NCBI GenBank assembly: GCA_040757295.1
Contig: JBFLXH010000009.1
Coordinates: 3,800 to 67,799 of the forward strand
Source of the DNA: Bacillota bacterium
GTDB taxonomy: Bacteria > Bacillota > PH28-bin88
Length of the DNA stretch: 64,000 nucleotides
Direction of reading: 5' to 3'
The position numbers were made by a program, and so were the translations under genes. This document shows positions 9,754 through 19,158 of this stretch, piece after piece (the first letter of the stretch is position 1; every line of letters begins with the position of its first letter). The notes under the pieces are model-generated. The model was not told the origin of the DNA. It made no database searches and saw nothing but the letters and a program-made list of their open reading frames with translations.

Positions 9754-10342
9754 AAAGGCAAAAAGAATAAGGGGGATGAAGTATAATAGATCTATTAGCA
9801 TTTTTGCCTACTCACAGCGGCTTTTGTTCACAGTACTTCTCCGAAAACCAGAGAACTCTTTATGTCGTTTCTGATTAAAGAGATGAAATTGTATGATAAA
9901 TTTATGGAATACGGAAAAATAAAAGGATATAAAATTATGCCGCCTATCTATAGAGCTTAGGCATATTATTGTCATTATGACCAATAGCCCATGGCCCCCT
10001 GAAGAACGCTTATGCCCGTGGCTTTAACATACCTCGTTTCCCTGCCTCTGCTCAAACCTAATCTCTGCCAAGTCAGCCCGAGAAAGAGAATACCTAATCT
10101 TTCTTTGCCCCCATTTACTGCCATTTTTAGTGTTAAATATTGCCCTGTTTTACCTAATCTTAAATTCACCTTGAAAAAGGCATAGTACGGAATTTTTGCT
10201 TAGCCAGGCAATTTAGCTTTATTTATGCAAGAATTAGCACTCCCGCGGCATGAACTCCGTAAGCCGCCCCTTTCATCCCACCCCACAAGGAGATGAGTTT
10301 TCAAGGCCGGGTTTCTATAAATCGGATAAATCGGCAGGTTTG

Positions 10343-10371
10343 TTGTTTATAGTTTTATGGTATGGTAAAAT
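10343..10371 (+). promoter_or_regulatory. Extended -10 sigmaA promoter upstream of lspA
   Basis: TTGTTT, 17-nt spacer, TGgTAAAAT, ending 35 nt before the lspA GTG. Confidence 0.4.
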
Positions 10372-10406
10372 TAACACACTGATTTTGGCATGGGGGAGAG
10401 ATAGAA

Positions 10407-10862
10407 GTGCCAGCTTTACTAATTACGGCAGCAGTATTATTTTTTGATCAGCTAAGCAAATGGATTATTCAAGAGACCATGGAGCTTGGCCAATCCATCC
10501 CTGTAATAACCAATATTTTTCACATTACCTACTGGCGCAATCCGGGAGCTGCCTTCGGCATTATGGCCTTTCGGACTAATTTCTTTATTATCGTTGGTTT
10601 CCTGGTAGTAGCTGCCATTATAATAGTTTTACTGAGACTGCCTCCGGAAAGAAAGCTGCTCAAGGTGGCCCTAGCCCTGCAGTTGGGAGGCGCTGTCGGC
10701 AATCTAATCGATAGGATTCGCACCGGGTATGTGGTAGATTTTTTCGATTTCCGGGTTTGGCCTGTTTTCAATATAGCCGACAGCGCCATAGTTATTGGTG
10801 TAATACTCCTGTCATGGTTTCTCTTGGTGACTCCGGAAACAAAACCAAAACCCAATGGCTGA
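10407..10862 (+). CDS. lspA: Lipoprotein signal peptidase (signal peptidase II)
   Basis: LspA motifs 'FDQLSKW', 'NPGAAFG' and 'FNIADSAI'. GTG start after GGGGGAGAG. Confidence 0.9.
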   Translation: MPALLITAAVLFFDQLSKWIIQETMELGQSIPVITNIFHITYWRNPGAAFGIMAFRTNFFIIVGFLVVAAIIIVLLRLPPERKLLKVALALQLGGAVGNLIDRIRTGYVVDFFDFRVWPVFNIADSAIVIGVILLSWFLLVTPETKPKPNG

Positions 10863-11799
10863 GGTGAAAAAACTAATGGATGATAGCGGTGTGTTTGCAT
10901 GCCAGGTATTGCCCCAGGAGGCTGGGGCGCGGTTAGATCTTTTCCTGGCGGAAAAATACCCTAAGCTGTCCAGGTCTCGCATCCAAGGGATTATCAACGA
11001 AAGATTACTCACGGTGAACCAGAAAGTAGAAAAGCCCAGTTATCGCATTCGTTCCGGTGACAGAATTGAATTTAAAGTGCCGGAACCTGCTCCTTTGGAG
11101 GTTGAACCTGAACAGATTCCTGTGGAAGTGCTGTATGAGGACCAGGACTTGGTTGTAGTCAACAAGCCCCAAGGAATGGTAGTCCATCCCGCCGATGGCA
11201 ACAATTCCGGCACCTTGGTCAATGCTTTGCTTTTTCACTGTCAGGATCTTTCCGGCATCAACGGGCGTTTAAGGCCAGGAATTGTGCACCGTATTGACAA
11301 GGACACATCCGGTGTCCTTGTAGTGGCCAAAACCGATTTTGCCCACCAGGGGTTAGCGGAACAAATAAAACAACACTCGGTAGCCAGGGTTTATACCGCC
11401 CTGGTTCGGGGTAATTTAGCCAATGAACGAGGGACTGTCGATGCCCCAATCGGCCGCCATCCCGTTGACAGGAAAAAAATGGCTGTGGTTCCCGGCGGAC
11501 GGAAAGCTGTCACTCATTACCGTGTCCTTAAGAGATTTCGTGGGTACGATCTGATCGAAGCCCGTTTAGAAACCGGCCGCACCCACCAAATCCGTGTTCA
11601 TATGGCCTATATCGGCCATCCCTTAGTAGGTGACCCCAGATACGGCTCTGCCAATAATGAACTAGGGTTAGAGGGGCAGGCCCTTCATGCAACTACCTTA
11701 GGATTTGTCCATCCTCGCACTGGCGGGTACTTGGAGTTTTCCGCTCCATTACCCCAGAGGATGGAACTGGCCATACGGCGGTTAGAGCAAACAACTTAA
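10855..11799 (+). CDS. rluD: RluA/RluD-family 23S rRNA pseudouridine synthase
   Basis: S4 N-terminus plus catalytic '[15 protein letters not shown]' motif. Conserved lspA-rluD pairing. Confidence 0.9.
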   Translation: MAEVKKLMDDSGVFACQVLPQEAGARLDLFLAEKYPKLSRSRIQGIINERLLTVNQKVEKPSYRIRSGDRIEFKVPEPAPLEVEPEQIPVEVLYEDQDLVVVNKPQGMVVHPADGNNSGTLVNALLFHCQDLSGINGRLRPGIVHRIDKDTSGVLVVAKTDFAHQGLAEQIKQHSVARVYTALVRGNLANERGTVDAPIGRHPVDRKKMAVVPGGRKAVTHYRVLKRFRGYDLIEARLETGRTHQIRVHMAYIGHPLVGDPRYGSANNELGLEGQALHATTLGFVHPRTGGYLEFSAPLPQRMELAIRRLEQTT

Positions 11800-11817
11800 G
11801 AGAGTGAGGGGCGAATC

Positions 11818-12078
11818 ATGGAAATAGAATTAGAAGAATGGGAGCTGGTTCTTGAGGCTGCGAGCAGGCTCCAAGCAGAGTTTATCCGGGGTTTCCTGGA
11901 AGCGGCAGGATTTTTGGTGCGCCTGGAAGGGGAAGCCCTGGGAACCATTTATGGTTTGCAGACCGGCCCTCTGGCCGAGGTTAAGGTATTTGTGTCCAAG
12001 GGTCAGGTTGCAGAGGCTAAGGAGTTGCTCTTAAACCAAGTCCCGCTGGAGCAGGAGGATTTAGGCTTTGATGGATAA
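11818..12078 (+). CDS. DUF2007-like small protein
   Basis: 86 aa, resembles the 'putative signal transducing protein' fold. Good RBS GAGTGAGGGG. Confidence 0.45.
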   Translation: MEIELEEWELVLEAASRLQAEFIRGFLEAAGFLVRLEGEALGTIYGLQTGPLAEVKVFVSKGQVAEAKELLLNQVPLEQEDLGFDG

Positions 12079-12754
12079 ACCGAAGGTGATCGCCCGTCCC
12101 GTGGATATTAAAGGGAAGACAGGCTTAGATATTTTGGTTGCGGACCCCAACGCCTCTGTTGCTGACTATCTTTCCGCTGTTGATGGTTTTATCTCTAGAG
12201 CTCCTGTGGAGCGGTCTAGAAGCCAGGGGTCGCCTTGCTGTTTGGGATGTTACGCTTGCTGTCAGGAACGGATCCCCTTAACTTCGATTGATTATGATCG
12301 GCTTTTTACCCACCACCTGGCTAAGGCTGAAGAACAACCCTGGCGCCGCTTCTTGGACAAAATCAGCCTTATTTCTGTGAAGGGCAGGCAGGTTGATATC
12401 ACCATGAGACTTGACCAGGAAGGGCTATGTATTTATTTGGACCGAAATAAAGGGCTATGCAGCATTTACCCGATCCGGCCTTTGGTCTGCCGCACGTATA
12501 TTTGTGCTCCTTTATCAAAAAATGCCATGGATCTGCGGGAATTAGTGGTTAACCTAGGAGAGGACGAGCTGGTCAGGCTGTGGCTGGAGGATGCTGCTCA
12601 GGTGAAGGAAATACCTGCCTATCATGAGGGAGACCAACCTGATTTACGCATTGAAGACTGGGGAGAGAGTCCTTTCAGCGGAAAAAAGGACTACCGGGAT
12701 GTACTGCTGAAGGATCTTTGTACTCCCGGACTGTGGAACAGGTTATCTCTGTAA
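12068..12754 (+). CDS. YkgJ-family CxxCxxCC cysteine-cluster protein
   Basis: 'CCLGCYACC' motif plus downstream 'CRTYICAP', typical of the UPF0153/YkgJ Zn/Fe-binding family. Confidence 0.65.
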   Translation: MMDKPKVIARPVDIKGKTGLDILVADPNASVADYLSAVDGFISRAPVERSRSQGSPCCLGCYACCQERIPLTSIDYDRLFTHHLAKAEEQPWRRFLDKISLISVKGRQVDITMRLDQEGLCIYLDRNKGLCSIYPIRPLVCRTYICAPLSKNAMDLRELVVNLGEDELVRLWLEDAAQVKEIPAYHEGDQPDLRIEDWGESPFSGKKDYRDVLLKDLCTPGLWNRLSL

Positions 12755-12789
12755 AAAATCAGATATCATTTTTCGGAGGGGGGTTGCTG

Positions 12790-13509
12790 ATGCAAATTGG
12801 TGTAGGAGTGTCTGCCAGGCACGTCCATCTATCCAAACAAGATCTGGATTGTTTATTCGGTTCCGGTTACCAACTACAGCCGGAACGATCCTTGTCTATT
12901 GCGACCCAATTTATTGCTAAAGAACGGCTGATATTAAGGGGTCCCAAGGGTGAATTGCGGAATGTGGCTGTAATTGGCCCGCCAAGACCCGAGACCCAGG
13001 TGGAGATAGCGAAATCCGATGGTTACGCCTTGGGGGTTATTCCTCCAACCCGTTTATCCGGTAATTTGCAGGGTTCGCCAGGCCTAACTCTGATTGGTCC
13101 CCAACAGGAAATAATTATTCAGGAGGGGTTAATTGCCGCCATGCGGCATATCCATATGACGGAAGCTGATGCCGGTGACCTGGGGTTTCAGCATAAAGAC
13201 TATGCTATGGTGGTTGTAAAAGGAGCCCGTTCTTTAGTCTTTGACTTTGTTGTGGTCAGGGTGGATCCAGCCAATACCCATACAGAATTTCACATTGATA
13301 CAGATGAGGCCAATGCCTCTGATTTGAAAACCGGCGATTTGGTGGAATTACTGCATGTTAATGATAAGAAACTCCGGCTGGAACAACTGATTAATATGTT
13401 TGATGAAAGGCAACTCAAAATGCTGGAACAATCGATTTCAGTCATTGTCCAGGACGAACGGAGACGCCTCACCATGATGGAGGATATGTTAAAGCTGCTG
13501 CAGAGGTAA
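12790..13509 (+). CDS. PduL-family phosphate acyltransferase (paralog 2, with ~45-aa C-terminal helical extension)
   Basis: 'GVGVSARHVHLSKQDLDCLFG' and 'AAMRHIHMTEADAGDLGF'. ATG 12790 after GGAGGGGGG; the ORF-track 12718 start is an over-extension. Confidence 0.8.
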   Translation: MQIGVGVSARHVHLSKQDLDCLFGSGYQLQPERSLSIATQFIAKERLILRGPKGELRNVAVIGPPRPETQVEIAKSDGYALGVIPPTRLSGNLQGSPGLTLIGPQQEIIIQEGLIAAMRHIHMTEADAGDLGFQHKDYAMVVVKGARSLVFDFVVVRVDPANTHTEFHIDTDEANASDLKTGDLVELLHVNDKKLRLEQLINMFDERQLKMLEQSISVIVQDERRRLTMMEDMLKLLQR

Positions 13510-13515
13510 GGTCGG

Positions 13516-13881
13516 CTAGGCTTCTGGCTGCTTGGGATATTTCAAGCCGAGGAAGATGCCAATAAGAGTCAGTCCTAAAATCATGATAAAATCTGAGACA
13601 ATTTCCCTGGTTGAGGGTAATGGCCCATGGGCTCCAATCAGCAGTAGGTAAGTGACCAGGTTAAAGGAAATGGTAACAGACAAAACATTTAACGCAAGAT
13701 TAGGGAGGTGCCTTAGCCATCGCATCATAATCCAACTTGCAGGTATAAAGGTAAGTATGTTTGAGGCGAGCATGGCAGACTTTTCCGGCGAAAAACCGAT
13801 TAAGTACATGGAGGTAAACCAAAGAAAAAACATTAAAGCCTGGCAAGAAATAAAAGTAGTAAATCGCATATGGGCCTCCAA
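13516..13881 (-). CDS. Integral membrane protein of unknown function
   Basis: 121 aa with about four TM helices; no recognisable family. Confidence 0.4.
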   Translation of the reverse strand: MEAHMRFTTFISCQALMFFLWFTSMYLIGFSPEKSAMLASNILTFIPASWIMMRWLRHLPNLALNVLSVTISFNLVTYLLLIGAHGPLPSTREIVSDFIMILGLTLIGIFLGLKYPKQPEA

Positions 13882-13965
13882 GCTGAATCCAAACTAATCC
13901 TATTTTAGTTTATCAATTAGTGGTTGTCTAGTATTTTGCCTAATCCCTGAAAGGAGTCTAGTTCA

Positions 13966-14841
13966 ATGCAGGATTATCTGGTTCGCGGGACCGGAGCGGA
14001 TGGGATGGTGAGGATTAAAGCGGCTGTTACAGCTGGGTTAGTTGAGTACGCCAGGAGATGCCACAATACCTTCCCTGTTGCCACAGCTGCTTTAGGCCGC
14101 TGCCTGACTGCCGGGTGTATGATGGGTGTGGATCTAACCGGAAAAGAGACAATAACCCTGCGGGTTTTAGGTGATGGCCCGCTGGGAGCCTTGGTGGTAG
14201 TAGGGGAGGCAGGGGGAACAGTGAGAGGTTATGTGGAGAACCCCGAGGTCAATTTGCCCTCCCGGGATGACGGAAAAATTGATGTAGGCCGTGGTGTTGG
14301 CCAAGGAATCCTGGCTGTTACCAAGGACCTGCGGATGCGGGAGCCTTATATCAGCCAAATCCCGTTGATCTCCGGCGAAATTGCCGAAGATCTAACCCAA
14401 TATTTCTGGCTGTCTGAGCAAGCACCCACGGCAGTGGCCCTGGGAGTAATGATTGATAAAGACGGCTCAGTAATTTCTTCCGGTGGATACATGGTCCAGT
14501 TAATGCCTGGCGCTACTGACGAATTAGCGGCAATAATTGAGCAAAAGCTGCTCAGCCTTCCGCCGGTAACCGAACTTTTCAGCAACAAAAAAACCCCGGA
14601 AGCAGTCTTGGAACTGCTGTTAGAAGGATTCAGTCCGGTAATCTTCCAGCCTGAACCCCTTTCCTTTCAATGTAACTGTTCGCCGGAGCGTTTTCAACGG
14701 GCGCTGGCAGGGCTTGGGGAGGCTGAGCTGGCCAGCATGCGCGAAGAAGGGGGAGCCGAGCTAAGGTGTCACTTCTGCAATCGGCTTTACCGGTTTAGCG
14801 CTGAAGAATTAGGTCAATTGAGGGAGGAAACAACGGATTAA
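13966..14841 (+). CDS. hslO: Redox-regulated chaperone Hsp33
   Basis: Hsp33 N-terminus 'YLVRGTGADGMVRIKAAVT' and C-terminal zinc centre 'CNCSPERF...CHFCNRLY'. Confidence 0.9.
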   Translation: MQDYLVRGTGADGMVRIKAAVTAGLVEYARRCHNTFPVATAALGRCLTAGCMMGVDLTGKETITLRVLGDGPLGALVVVGEAGGTVRGYVENPEVNLPSRDDGKIDVGRGVGQGILAVTKDLRMREPYISQIPLISGEIAEDLTQYFWLSEQAPTAVALGVMIDKDGSVISSGGYMVQLMPGATDELAAIIEQKLLSLPPVTELFSNKKTPEAVLELLLEGFSPVIFQPEPLSFQCNCSPERFQRALAGLGEAELASMREEGGAELRCHFCNRLYRFSAEELGQLREETTD

Positions 14842-14924
14842 GCCGGTTCCAGATTATTGCAGAAGGGACCCTGAGATTAATCTAGAACTATGCTTATAGA
14901 TAATATCTTGGGAGGAGGAGGCCA

Positions 14925-15458
14925 ATGTCTTTTAATTTTACCTGTAAACTCCCTGAGCCAACTAACCAGAAGCTGAAGTATCTTGCCATCGAGTGGCTGC
15001 AAGAAAGGGGAGTAAACCTGGAAGATATTGCCGGTTTGGTTTATGAGATTCAAAAGCCCTATATCCCCAACCTTAGTATAGAAGACTGCTTTTGCAGCGT
15101 AGACAGGGTGATGGATAAGCGGGAAGTGCAAAACTCAATTTTTACCGGTCTTTCCCTGGATGAGCTGGCGGAAAAAGGGCTGATCCGGGAACCATTGCAA
15201 ACCATGATTAAAAAAGATGACGGGCTGTACGGGATTGACGAGATTCTAGCCTTGAGCATTGTTAATGTCTACGGTTCAATTGGTCTAACGAATTTTGGCT
15301 ATCTGGATAAAATAAAGCTTGGCATTATTAAAGAGCTGAATCAACACAGGAATAGGGTTATCAACACCTTTTTAGACGATATCGTGGCTGCAATCGCCGC
15401 CGCTGCTGCAGCAAGACTTGCCCATCAAACCAGGGATCAAGAGGAAAACCTGGCCTAA
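14925..15458 (+). CDS. PgpA-like / YutG-family protein (phosphatidylglycerophosphatase A homologue)
   Basis: 'GIDEILALSIVNVYGSIGLTNFGYLDK...FLDDIVAAIAAAAAARLAH' resembles the Bacillus YutG/PgpA family. Called from memory, not verified. Confidence 0.5.
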   Translation: MSFNFTCKLPEPTNQKLKYLAIEWLQERGVNLEDIAGLVYEIQKPYIPNLSIEDCFCSVDRVMDKREVQNSIFTGLSLDELAEKGLIREPLQTMIKKDDGLYGIDEILALSIVNVYGSIGLTNFGYLDKIKLGIIKELNQHRNRVINTFLDDIVAAIAAAAAARLAHQTRDQEENLA

Positions 15459-16338
15459 GCTATTTCAACAGGGGGCAGGCCTTGTGGGCAGAAAAAAGAA
15501 CAATCAATTAAATGATTTGAACGGGTCTCAGTGGCTTTATTGGACTGATAGCATTTACCTTACAAATTCCCCCCCTGATGTTACCCATTCCCTGCGGAAA
15601 AAGCATGGGGCAATGAAGCCGCCGGAAGTAATGGCTGATATTATCAGGTTTTTTACCAAAAAGGGGGAAACGGTGCTTGACCCTTTCGCCGGGGTAGGCG
15701 GGACTTTGCTAGGCGCTGCCTTGGCCGGGCGGCTTTCTCTTGGATTTGAACTTAACCCCCTTTGGGTAGATGTGTACAGGGAAATATGCCGCCGGTTTGT
15801 GGTACGGGGGGGAAAACTAGAGCCCAGGGAGTTACCTAATACAGGTCTAGGACCCCCTATAGATATTAACGGGGTCATGGAGCAGGGAGACTGCATGGCG
15901 CTCATGGCCCGATTACAGCCTCTTTCAATTGACGCAGTAATCACAGATCCTCCCTACGGTTGTCAGCATGGGGTTACGGGTTTCAAAGATGAAACAAACT
16001 TCAACATGTTCAACGGAGATGAACCCCTTGATTTTGCTAACGCAAAGAGCTTTGACGAGTACCTAGCCATGATGGCTTTGCTAGGAAAAGAAGTATGGCG
16101 GGTCTTAAAAGAAGGACGGTATTTTGTTCTGATTATCGGCGACCGTTACCAAAAAGGAGAATACATCCCCCTTGGCGCCATGGTTGGCCGGACAATGCAG
16201 GAGCAAGGGTTCAAGTTGAAAGGGATCAAGATTTGGTGCAACAAGGCAACCCAACGGCCATTAAAGCCATATGGCATAATGTCTGCTTTTGTTCCCAATA
16301 TTACTCATCAGAATATCGTAATCCTGCGCAAGCAATAA
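15418..16338 (+). CDS. PF01555-type DNA (N6-adenine/N4-cytosine) methyltransferase, orphan, permuted motif order
   Basis: 'SQWLYW..KKHGAMKPPEVMADIIRFFTKKGETVLDPFAGVGGTLLGAALAGRLSLGFELNP' is the HPTQKP-helix/motif I block. 'VITDPPYG' (motif IV) lies downstream. No adjacent restriction endonuclease. Confidence 0.8.
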   Translation: MPIKPGIKRKTWPKLFQQGAGLVGRKKNNQLNDLNGSQWLYWTDSIYLTNSPPDVTHSLRKKHGAMKPPEVMADIIRFFTKKGETVLDPFAGVGGTLLGAALAGRLSLGFELNPLWVDVYREICRRFVVRGGKLEPRELPNTGLGPPIDINGVMEQGDCMALMARLQPLSIDAVITDPPYGCQHGVTGFKDETNFNMFNGDEPLDFANAKSFDEYLAMMALLGKEVWRVLKEGRYFVLIIGDRYQKGEYIPLGAMVGRTMQEQGFKLKGIKIWCNKATQRPLKPYGIMSAFVPNITHQNIVILRKQ

Positions 16339-16353
16339 ATGGGGAGGGTCTAA

Positions 16354-17013
16354 ATGGATATCCATCAATTGGAAGGATTAATCAAAACCAGGCGGTCAAT
16401 TCGAAAATGGCAGCATCAGGCCATCCCTGATGCCTTGCTTGAGAAGGCATTAGAGCTGGCTACCTGGGCGCCTAACGGTGGAAATCATCAGCCGTGGCAT
16501 TTTTATGTGGTTAAAAGCAGGCCAGTCATCAATAGGATTGCTGATGCGGTCGAGGCCAAGACGGAACTAATGGCCGGGTGGCCCGAAGCCGATCCTCACC
16601 GTGAGACGGTGGATAAATGGAAAAAGACGGCAGCCTTTTTTCGTCAGGCCCCTGTGGTCATTGCGGTTACCGTCGGAGGATACCAGTCAATTACCGACAT
16701 TCTTGTTAACGCCAGAAAAGATTCTGATATTGCGGCCAGGGAGATTTTCGCCAATCGACAATTCTGCAGCACAAGAGTGCAGACTGCAGCCGCAGCTATT
16801 ACTCAAATGCTCTTAGCATTCCACCAGCTAGGACTGGGAGCCTGCTGGATGACTGGCCCGGTCCAGGCTAAACAGGAGATCGAAAAGATCCTGGGGGTTC
16901 CGCCGGACTGGGATTTTGTGGCATTAATCCCCGTTGGATTTCCCGGCGAACAGCCTGGGCCGCGAAACCGGAAACCTCTTTGCCAGATAATGACAATAAT
17001 TGATGGGAACTAA
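16354..17013 (+). CDS. Nitroreductase-family FMN oxidoreductase
   Basis: 'IKTRRSIRKWQHQAIPDALLEKALELATWAPNGGNHQPWHFYVV' is the classic nitroreductase N-terminus. Confidence 0.85.
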   Translation: MDIHQLEGLIKTRRSIRKWQHQAIPDALLEKALELATWAPNGGNHQPWHFYVVKSRPVINRIADAVEAKTELMAGWPEADPHRETVDKWKKTAAFFRQAPVVIAVTVGGYQSITDILVNARKDSDIAAREIFANRQFCSTRVQTAAAAITQMLLAFHQLGLGACWMTGPVQAKQEIEKILGVPPDWDFVALIPVGFPGEQPGPRNRKPLCQIMTIIDGN

Positions 17014-17047
17014 TACCTAGTAATCAATTTGGGAAAAAGCGGGGACT

Positions 17048-19099
17048 ATGTCGCAAGGTCTCCGCATTTTTTCCAAAAGCTTACAAAATTCCCGAAGGAA
17101 AACAGGAAGCTTTTGTCAAAAATATGCCCCAGCATTTGGGATAGACAAGAGATGTGGGGTGAAGGTTTTGAAGAAGCGAAAGGTGATTCGGGTACGGGTC
17201 AATGGTAGTCTGGACTCTTTAACTGACATGCTTAAATATTATTTGTACCAGCAGACTGGACAAACTGTGGATGACCTTGTTGCCAAGGTGCTTAGACGCA
17301 TGGTGACAAATCAAACTGTGTCTAAATTGGAAAAGCATGTCAGCCGGTGTTTGCATAAAAACCCCGCCTTTGATCAAGCTTCCAATAACCGGTGGCTATT
17401 AGACACCAGAGGGCAGAGGAGTAATGATCAACTGTACCAGTGGTTGCAAACAACAGGACAAGCCATGAATATTGCTGAGTTGAGGCTTAAGGCCCGGGAG
17501 AGGGGAATAGACCCCGAGCTTATCCAAGAAAAAGATCTGGTCACAGACAGCCGGTTTTTACGCTTAAAAACTGGAAAATGGGCTTTAATCCACTGGGAAA
17601 TCATCAGACAAGTCACCGGGAAGGAACTGGATAAGACGGCAGAGAAGCTGCGTATAACCAGGCAGCCTATGGCTGTAGAAGAGATCGCCCGCAATCTATT
17701 GGCTCACGGTGCGGAGGGGACCGATCTTTTAGCCTGCCTGCAGAAGGATCCCAGGTTCGCTTGGGTTGGTGGGCATCATTGGTATTTGAGGGAATTACTC
17801 CCAACCCCTGCTGACAGTGGTTCAGTAAGGGCCTTTGCCTTGGAACCCTTTCGCAAGGCTGAAACGGCTGCTTTAGGCGAAGCAGAGCTGATGTTAATTT
17901 TGAACGACACTGATCCCAACTGCCGCGAATATATCCTGTCCTCTATGGACTTGGAGCGAGGCTCCCTGAGGATTACTAAACGGATGGACAGGTTGTTTGC
18001 CGGTTTACCGCCAGTGGCTTGGATTTCTTTCGACACGCCGACTGGCCCTTTAGAGGCATGGTATCTCCGGATGGGCGGCTCTATCCTGGGTTTCAGCCAC
18101 TGGTTCCTACAAAACGGCCTTGAGCCCGGCAGTAAGCTCCGGATTAAACGGGTTATGGGAGAAGAGCGGATATTCAACATCGAAATTACTAGCGAGAGAG
18201 AGGCAGAGGTATTTACTGAGGGGTCCAGGGTGCGCAAACTGGAGGCTCTTTGGCGAAAGGACCAGACAGAAAATTATTCCTTAGATCAATTGCTTTTGGA
18301 GGTAATGGAACTGTTCCCTGCCGGATTGCCACAGGAGGAAGTAGCGCAAGTAATGACAGCTATTCGACCAGTTTCCCCGGACGAAATCGGGCGATTGTTG
18401 GAAAATACCCCATATTTTGAGCGGACAACTTCAGGTAATTGGCGCTTTAACCAGGCCATTTTCGAAGCTTATAATAAGCTGGCCCGAGAACTCTCCTTGG
18501 TTAGGGATGAAATATCCCGTTCCCAGCAGGAGATTGCTGCTGCCCTTCAGGAGAACCAGCAGCTAGTTATGGAAAAAGAGGGTCTGTACGGCGAATTAAT
18601 TTATCTAAAAAACCACCACCGGGATCAGGAGGCTCAACTGCAGGAAAAAATACGCCGTTTAAGGGACCAGTTGGAGGAATTGCAGCGGGAGCATGCCAGG
18701 ACCAGGGCCGAACTGGATAAACAGCTGAAACACCGGGATTGTCTCCAACAGGAAATGGAAAAGGCTAAACAACAGATTCAGACCCTCCGAGCGGAAAGAG
18801 ATAGTCTAAAGATAAAAGCAGAGCAGCTTGAATCAAGAACCTTACAGCTTCAGGGTAATTTAAGCCGATCGCGGGAAGAGATCGAGGAACAGCATTTGCG
18901 GGTGAACCAGCGGCTGAAGGAACTGGAGGCCAAGCTGCATAATTCGATCATTGCCAACGATGACCTTGAGCGAACAGTCGTTAAACTCCAGGAGGAACGA
19001 CGCTTGTTAAAACGCCGTATGAACCACTGGCTGGTACGCTGGGCTATTGCCATCACCTCCGGATGGCGCCGGAACGACAATAGCTTTTTGAAATCATAG
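17048..19099 (+). CDS. Large protein with four HARE-HTH-like winged-helix repeats and a ~200-aa C-terminal coiled coil
   Basis: Repeated 'x(D/N)xRFxxxxxGxWxL' units (NNRWLLDTRG; DSRFLRLKTGKWALIHW; DPRFAWVGGHHWYLREL; TPYFERTTSGNWRF) resemble the RNA polymerase delta N-terminal domain. Residues ~470-650 are heptad-rich (LQEKIRRLRDQLEELQREH...). Start codon uncertain (ATG 17048, GTG ~17158 or ATG ~17229). Confidence 0.55.
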   Translation: MSQGLRIFSKSLQNSRRKTGSFCQKYAPAFGIDKRCGVKVLKKRKVIRVRVNGSLDSLTDMLKYYLYQQTGQTVDDLVAKVLRRMVTNQTVSKLEKHVSRCLHKNPAFDQASNNRWLLDTRGQRSNDQLYQWLQTTGQAMNIAELRLKARERGIDPELIQEKDLVTDSRFLRLKTGKWALIHWEIIRQVTGKELDKTAEKLRITRQPMAVEEIARNLLAHGAEGTDLLACLQKDPRFAWVGGHHWYLRELLPTPADSGSVRAFALEPFRKAETAALGEAELMLILNDTDPNCREYILSSMDLERGSLRITKRMDRLFAGLPPVAWISFDTPTGPLEAWYLRMGGSILGFSHWFLQNGLEPGSKLRIKRVMGEERIFNIEITSEREAEVFTEGSRVRKLEALWRKDQTENYSLDQLLLEVMELFPAGLPQEEVAQVMTAIRPVSPDEIGRLLENTPYFERTTSGNWRFNQAIFEAYNKLARELSLVRDEISRSQQEIAAALQENQQLVMEKEGLYGELIYLKNHHRDQEAQLQEKIRRLRDQLEELQREHARTRAELDKQLKHRDCLQQEMEKAKQQIQTLRAERDSLKIKAEQLESRTLQLQGNLSRSREEIEEQHLRVNQRLKELEAKLHNSIIANDDLERTVVKLQEERRLLKRRMNHWLVRWAIAITSGWRRNDNSFLKS

Positions 19100-19107
19100 A
19101 AGGACGC

Positions 19108-19146
19108 AAAAACCATTCCTTTGAATTAAATTAAGGAAAGGTTTTT
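19108..19146. terminator. Bidirectional hairpin between convergent genes
   Basis: AAACCaTTCCTT-loop-AAGGAAaGGTTT, followed by a T-run. Confidence 0.45.
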
Positions 19147-19158
19147 GTATGACAACTA

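Noticed and set aside
9166-9801. 211-aa minus-strand ORF overlapping the DksA/TraR-like gene
   Set aside because: Antisense shadow of a gene with a clear Zn-finger signature; no start context.
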